Sequence record: SRR20825019_46
Length of the DNA: 64,000 bases
Reading direction: 5' to 3' (one strand)
The position numbers and the translations under genes were made by a program. Position 1 is the stretch's first letter. Each line of letters begins with the position of its first letter. The notes below the pieces were generated by a model that made no database searches, had not been told where the DNA came from, and was given only the letters and a program-made list of their open reading frames with translations. Of this stretch, positions 60,617-64,000 are shown piece by piece.

Positions 60617-61849
60617 ATGGAAAAAAATGTACTCTTTTATATCATTCTGGCCATACTTGTGGTCCAATACCTGGCTCACCAGTATTTGGAACACTTGAAT
60701 GCCAAGCGTTTCAAATCGGCTTTGCCACCAGAACTTGCCGATGTGTTTGATGAACAGGAATATCAAAAATCGCAACAATACAAGAAAATCAATTATAAAT
60801 TTGGAGTCATTTCGGATGGCTTTTCATTGATTCTGACCATCTGCTTTCTTGCTTTAGGAGGTTTTGAATGGGTGGACCAACTCACGCGTTCCATCACTGA
60901 AAAACCCATTCCGATGGCATTGATTTTCTTTGGAATCGTTATGCTGGGAAGTGCCATTTTGGGACTTCCATTCTCTTATTACCGAACATTTGTGATCGAG
61001 GAAGAATATGGGTTCAACAAAACAACAAAATCCACTTTTTTCACCGATAAAATTAAGGGCAGCATTCTAACCGTTGTTCTTGGAGGAGGGATTTTGACAT
61101 TGTTCATGTTGTTCTATCAATCCACAGGGCAATATTTTTGGATCTACGCATGGATTGCCGTTGGAATCTTCATTTTGTTTATCAACCTATTTTATAGCCG
61201 ATTGATTGTTCCCATCTTCAACAAACAGACACCGCTTGAAGATGGTAGTCTAAAAAGTTCCATTGAAAATTATGCGCAAAAAGTCGGGTTCGAGCTTCAA
61301 AATATATTTGTGATCGATGGTTCCAAGCGATCCACAAAAGCAAATGCCTATTTTTCAGGATTTGGAAAAGAGAAAAGAATCACTTTGTTCGACACCTTGA
61401 TCAACGACCTTAGCGAAGATGAAATTGTGGCTGTATTAGCTCACGAAGTAGGTCACTATAAACGCAACCATATTATTGTAAATCTTGTAGTTTCGCTATT
61501 GACCACAGGTTTGACGTTGTTCGTTCTTTCATTGTTCATCAACCATCCAGAAATATCCTTGGCCATTGGGGTCTCCACACCAAGTTTCCATGCGGCATTG
61601 GTCGGGTTTGCATTGTTATACAGTCCAATATCCGAAGTCACTGGATTGATTATGAACTATTTATCTCGAAAATTCGAATTTCAGGCGGATGACTTTGCGA
61701 AAAATACTTTTGCGGCAACCCCTTTGGTCTCTTCCTTAAAAAAGTTGTCCAAAAAGAGTTTGAGCAATTTAACACCTCACCCAGCTTACGTATTTGTGCA
61801 CTATTCGCACCCCCCTTTAGTGGAACGTATCCGAAACCTAAAGGCATAG
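60617..61849 (+). CDS. M48 (Ste24-like) membrane zinc metallopeptidase
   Basis: DGSKRSTKANAYFSG, AVLAHEVGH, SRKFEFQAD, YSHPPLVERI. Confidence 0.93.
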   Translation: MEKNVLFYIILAILVVQYLAHQYLEHLNAKRFKSALPPELADVFDEQEYQKSQQYKKINYKFGVISDGFSLILTICFLALGGFEWVDQLTRSITEKPIPMALIFFGIVMLGSAILGLPFSYYRTFVIEEEYGFNKTTKSTFFTDKIKGSILTVVLGGGILTLFMLFYQSTGQYFWIYAWIAVGIFILFINLFYSRLIVPIFNKQTPLEDGSLKSSIENYAQKVGFELQNIFVIDGSKRSTKANAYFSGFGKEKRITLFDTLINDLSEDEIVAVLAHEVGHYKRNHIIVNLVVSLLTTGLTLFVLSLFINHPEISLAIGVSTPSFHAALVGFALLYSPISEVTGLIMNYLSRKFEFQADDFAKNTFAATPLVSSLKKLSKKSLSNLTPHPAYVFVHYSHPPLVERIRNLKA

Positions 61850-61893
61850 TTTTTGTTGTTTAGATAATAAGATTATAGTAAATTTAATATACT

Positions 61894-64000
61894 ATGACAG
61901 AGGCTGCTATTGAAAAAGAGAACAAGGAGATTGCGAAGCAGTACAAGGAATTACTTCGCATAAGCTACCAAACATTGACGGACGAGGACAAGAAGTTGAT
62001 TCGTTCCGCCTTTGATGTGGCCGTTGACGCCCACAAGGACCAGCGAAGAAAATCCGGGGAAGCCTACATCTTCCACCCCATTGCCGTGGCTAAGATCGTA
62101 GCTTCGGAAATAGGCCTGGATGCCGTTTCCATTTCCTCTGCCCTGCTGCACGATGTAGTTGAGGATACCGCCTATACATTGGCCGATATTGAGCGGATGT
62201 TCGGTGAGACGGTTGCCCGGATTGTGGATGGACTCACCAAAATTGCTCACCTTAAAAAGGACAAGGATATAAGTCAGCAAGCGGAAAACTTCCGTAAAAT
62301 GCTGCTGACCCTGCATGATGACGTTCGGGTAATCATCATCAAGATAGCCGACCGTTACCACAATATGCTCACCATGGATTCCATGCCGGAGCACAAACAA
62401 GTGAAGATTGCGTCGGAAACCCTCTACATCTATGCGCCACTGGCCCATAGAATTGGGCTGTACAACATCAAAACCCATTTGGAGGACCTTTCCCTAAAGT
62501 ATACGGAACCAGAGGTCTACAACGACATTTATGCCAAAATAGAGGACACCGAAGAAGAGAGCTTGGCCTATATCGAGGATTTTTCCAATGTGATCAGGAC
62601 ATCTTTGGATAAAGAGGGACTCAATTATTTTATCAAGGGCAGGATGAAGTCCATTTTCTCCATCCGTAAAAAGATGAAGACACAAAACGTCACCTTTGAT
62701 GAAGTATATGACAAATTCGCAATCCGTATCATCTATAAATCGGACAAGAAAAACGAAAAGTTCCTTGCCTGGAAAATTTACTCCATAGTTACCGATCACT
62801 TTACTCCCAACCCTATCCGTTTACGCGACTGGATTACCTCACCAAAATCTACGGGTTACGAAGCACTTCACATTACCGTTATGGGCCCCAAGGGCAAATG
62901 GGTAGAAGTACAGATTCGAAGTGAGCGCATGCACGAGATTGCCGAAAAAGGATATGCCGCCCACTTTAAATACAAGCACGGAGCGCAAAAAGAGCAAGGT
63001 ATCGAGGAGTGGCTGAACAAATTACAGGAAGCATTGGAAAGCGCCAATGGCAACGCGGTTGATTTTGTGGAGGAATTTAAGCTCAACCTTTACTCCAAAG
63101 AAATATTCGTATTCACTCCCAAAGGAGATTTAAAATCCATGCCGAAAGGGGCGACGGCTTTGGATTTCGCTTTCAATATCCATACGGAAATTGGGATGAA
63201 GACCCGTGGTGCCAAGGTCAATGGAAAATTGGTTCCGCTGGGAACAAAACTAAGAAGTGGCGATCAGGTTGAGATCATCACCTCCGAAAGTGCCAAACCT
63301 ACACAAACATGGTTGGACTATGCCGAAACGGCCCGCGCACGTTCCAAAATCAAATCATCGCTAAGCGAGGAGAAAAAAGAAGTCGCCGAAGAAGGGAAGG
63401 AAATTCTACGCCGCAAACTCAAGGCACAGAAAATTAACCTGAACGAGGACACCGTGAACAAATTGGTGACCTTTTTCAAACTAAAAACCAGTTTGGACCT
63501 TTTCTACCGGGTCGGCATAGGGGTCATTGACAACGACAAGTTGAAAGATTTCTCTTCGTCCTATCACAACGCATTTATCAATTTCTTCAAAAACAGGATA
63601 CGTAAAAGTCCTACCCCAAAAGATGTTGACAGAAATGAGATTACCACCAAATACGATCTGCTTGTTTTTGGTAAAGAGGAAGAAAGGCTCAACTATAAAT
63701 TGTCACAATGCTGCAACCCCATACCTGGGGACGAGGTATTTGGCTTCGTAAGTGTAAACGATGGCATTAAAGTTCATAAAAAGAACTGTCCCAATGCTAT
63801 TTCACTTCAGTCCAACTATGCCTACCGCATCATTAGTGCAAAATGGATAGATTCATCTCAAGAAGAATTTTCCGTCGACATCCAAATCACGGGCATCGAC
63901 AACATGGGTCTGGTAAAGGATATCACCAAAATTATTTCGGAAAATATGCACGTAAATATGAGGAACCTCAATTTTAGTGCAGATGGCGGAACCTTCAAGG
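61894..64000 (+). CDS. Long RelA/SpoT homologue, (p)ppGpp synthetase/hydrolase; 3' end beyond the window and absent from the ORF track
   Basis: Reads MTEAAIEKENKEIAKQY from 61894; in-frame motifs RKSGEAYIFHP, LLHDVVED (HD), KIADR.HNM, VYDKFAIR, RLRDW..PKSTGYEALH, EVQIR, TGS (TALDFAF.IHTEIG), CCNPIPGD. Confidence 0.93.
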   Translation, partial: MTEAAIEKENKEIAKQYKELLRISYQTLTDEDKKLIRSAFDVAVDAHKDQRRKSGEAYIFHPIAVAKIVASEIGLDAVSISSALLHDVVEDTAYTLADIERMFGETVARIVDGLTKIAHLKKDKDISQQAENFRKMLLTLHDDVRVIIIKIADRYHNMLTMDSMPEHKQVKIASETLYIYAPLAHRIGLYNIKTHLEDLSLKYTEPEVYNDIYAKIEDTEEESLAYIEDFSNVIRTSLDKEGLNYFIKGRMKSIFSIRKKMKTQNVTFDEVYDKFAIRIIYKSDKKNEKFLAWKIYSIVTDHFTPNPIRLRDWITSPKSTGYEALHITVMGPKGKWVEVQIRSERMHEIAEKGYAAHFKYKHGAQKEQGIEEWLNKLQEALESANGNAVDFVEEFKLNLYSKEIFVFTPKGDLKSMPKGATALDFAFNIHTEIGMKTRGAKVNGKLVPLGTKLRSGDQVEIITSESAKPTQTWLDYAETARARSKIKSSLSEEKKEVAEEGKEILRRKLKAQKINLNEDTVNKLVTFFKLKTSLDLFYRVGIGVIDNDKLKDFSSSYHNAFINFFKNRIRKSPTPKDVDRNEITTKYDLLVFGKEEERLNYKLSQCCNPIPGDEVFGFVSVNDGIKVHKKNCPNAISLQSNYAYRIISAKWIDSSQEEFSVDIQITGIDNMGLVKDITKIISENMHVNMRNLNFSADGGTFK

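Noticed and set aside
61894-64000. Apparent ORF-free gap at the window end
   Set aside because: It is the relA/spoT gene, omitted from the track because its stop codon lies outside the window.

Overview
Gene-dense chromosomal segment from a Bacteroidota bacterium. A marine Flavobacteriaceae is inferred from gldI, the SusC/SusD pair, a T9SS type-B cargo protein and TAnnTTTG promoters. No CRISPR array, prophage, integrase or IS was seen. The window opens with tRNA-Pro(GGG), a 2771-aa SprB-like T9SS adhesin and a PQQ sugar dehydrogenase. Next is a ~15-kb accessory locus: murQ and a DeoR regulator, divergent from nagB-deacetylase fusion, susC, susD, GHL10 lipoprotein, GNAT, ampG, GH3 nagZ, SAM methyltransferase and anmK. 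It looks like a TonB-dependent peptidoglycan/amino-sugar scavenging PUL and is the best candidate for an undescribed system; its divergent promoters carry a 10-bp-phased repeat array. The rest is mostly core genome: acyl-CoA carboxylase, udk-ftsB-methylmalonyl-CoA mutase (with a REP-like hairpin read in frame), parAB-dapB-lepB, mutL-rhomboids, ribH, recF-dciA, ndk, phoD, nrnA-gldI-PPIase, a secreted amidohydrolase pair, trmH-like, M48 peptidase and a relA/spoT gene cut by the window end. All family calls come from motifs recognised by eye; no database search was run.
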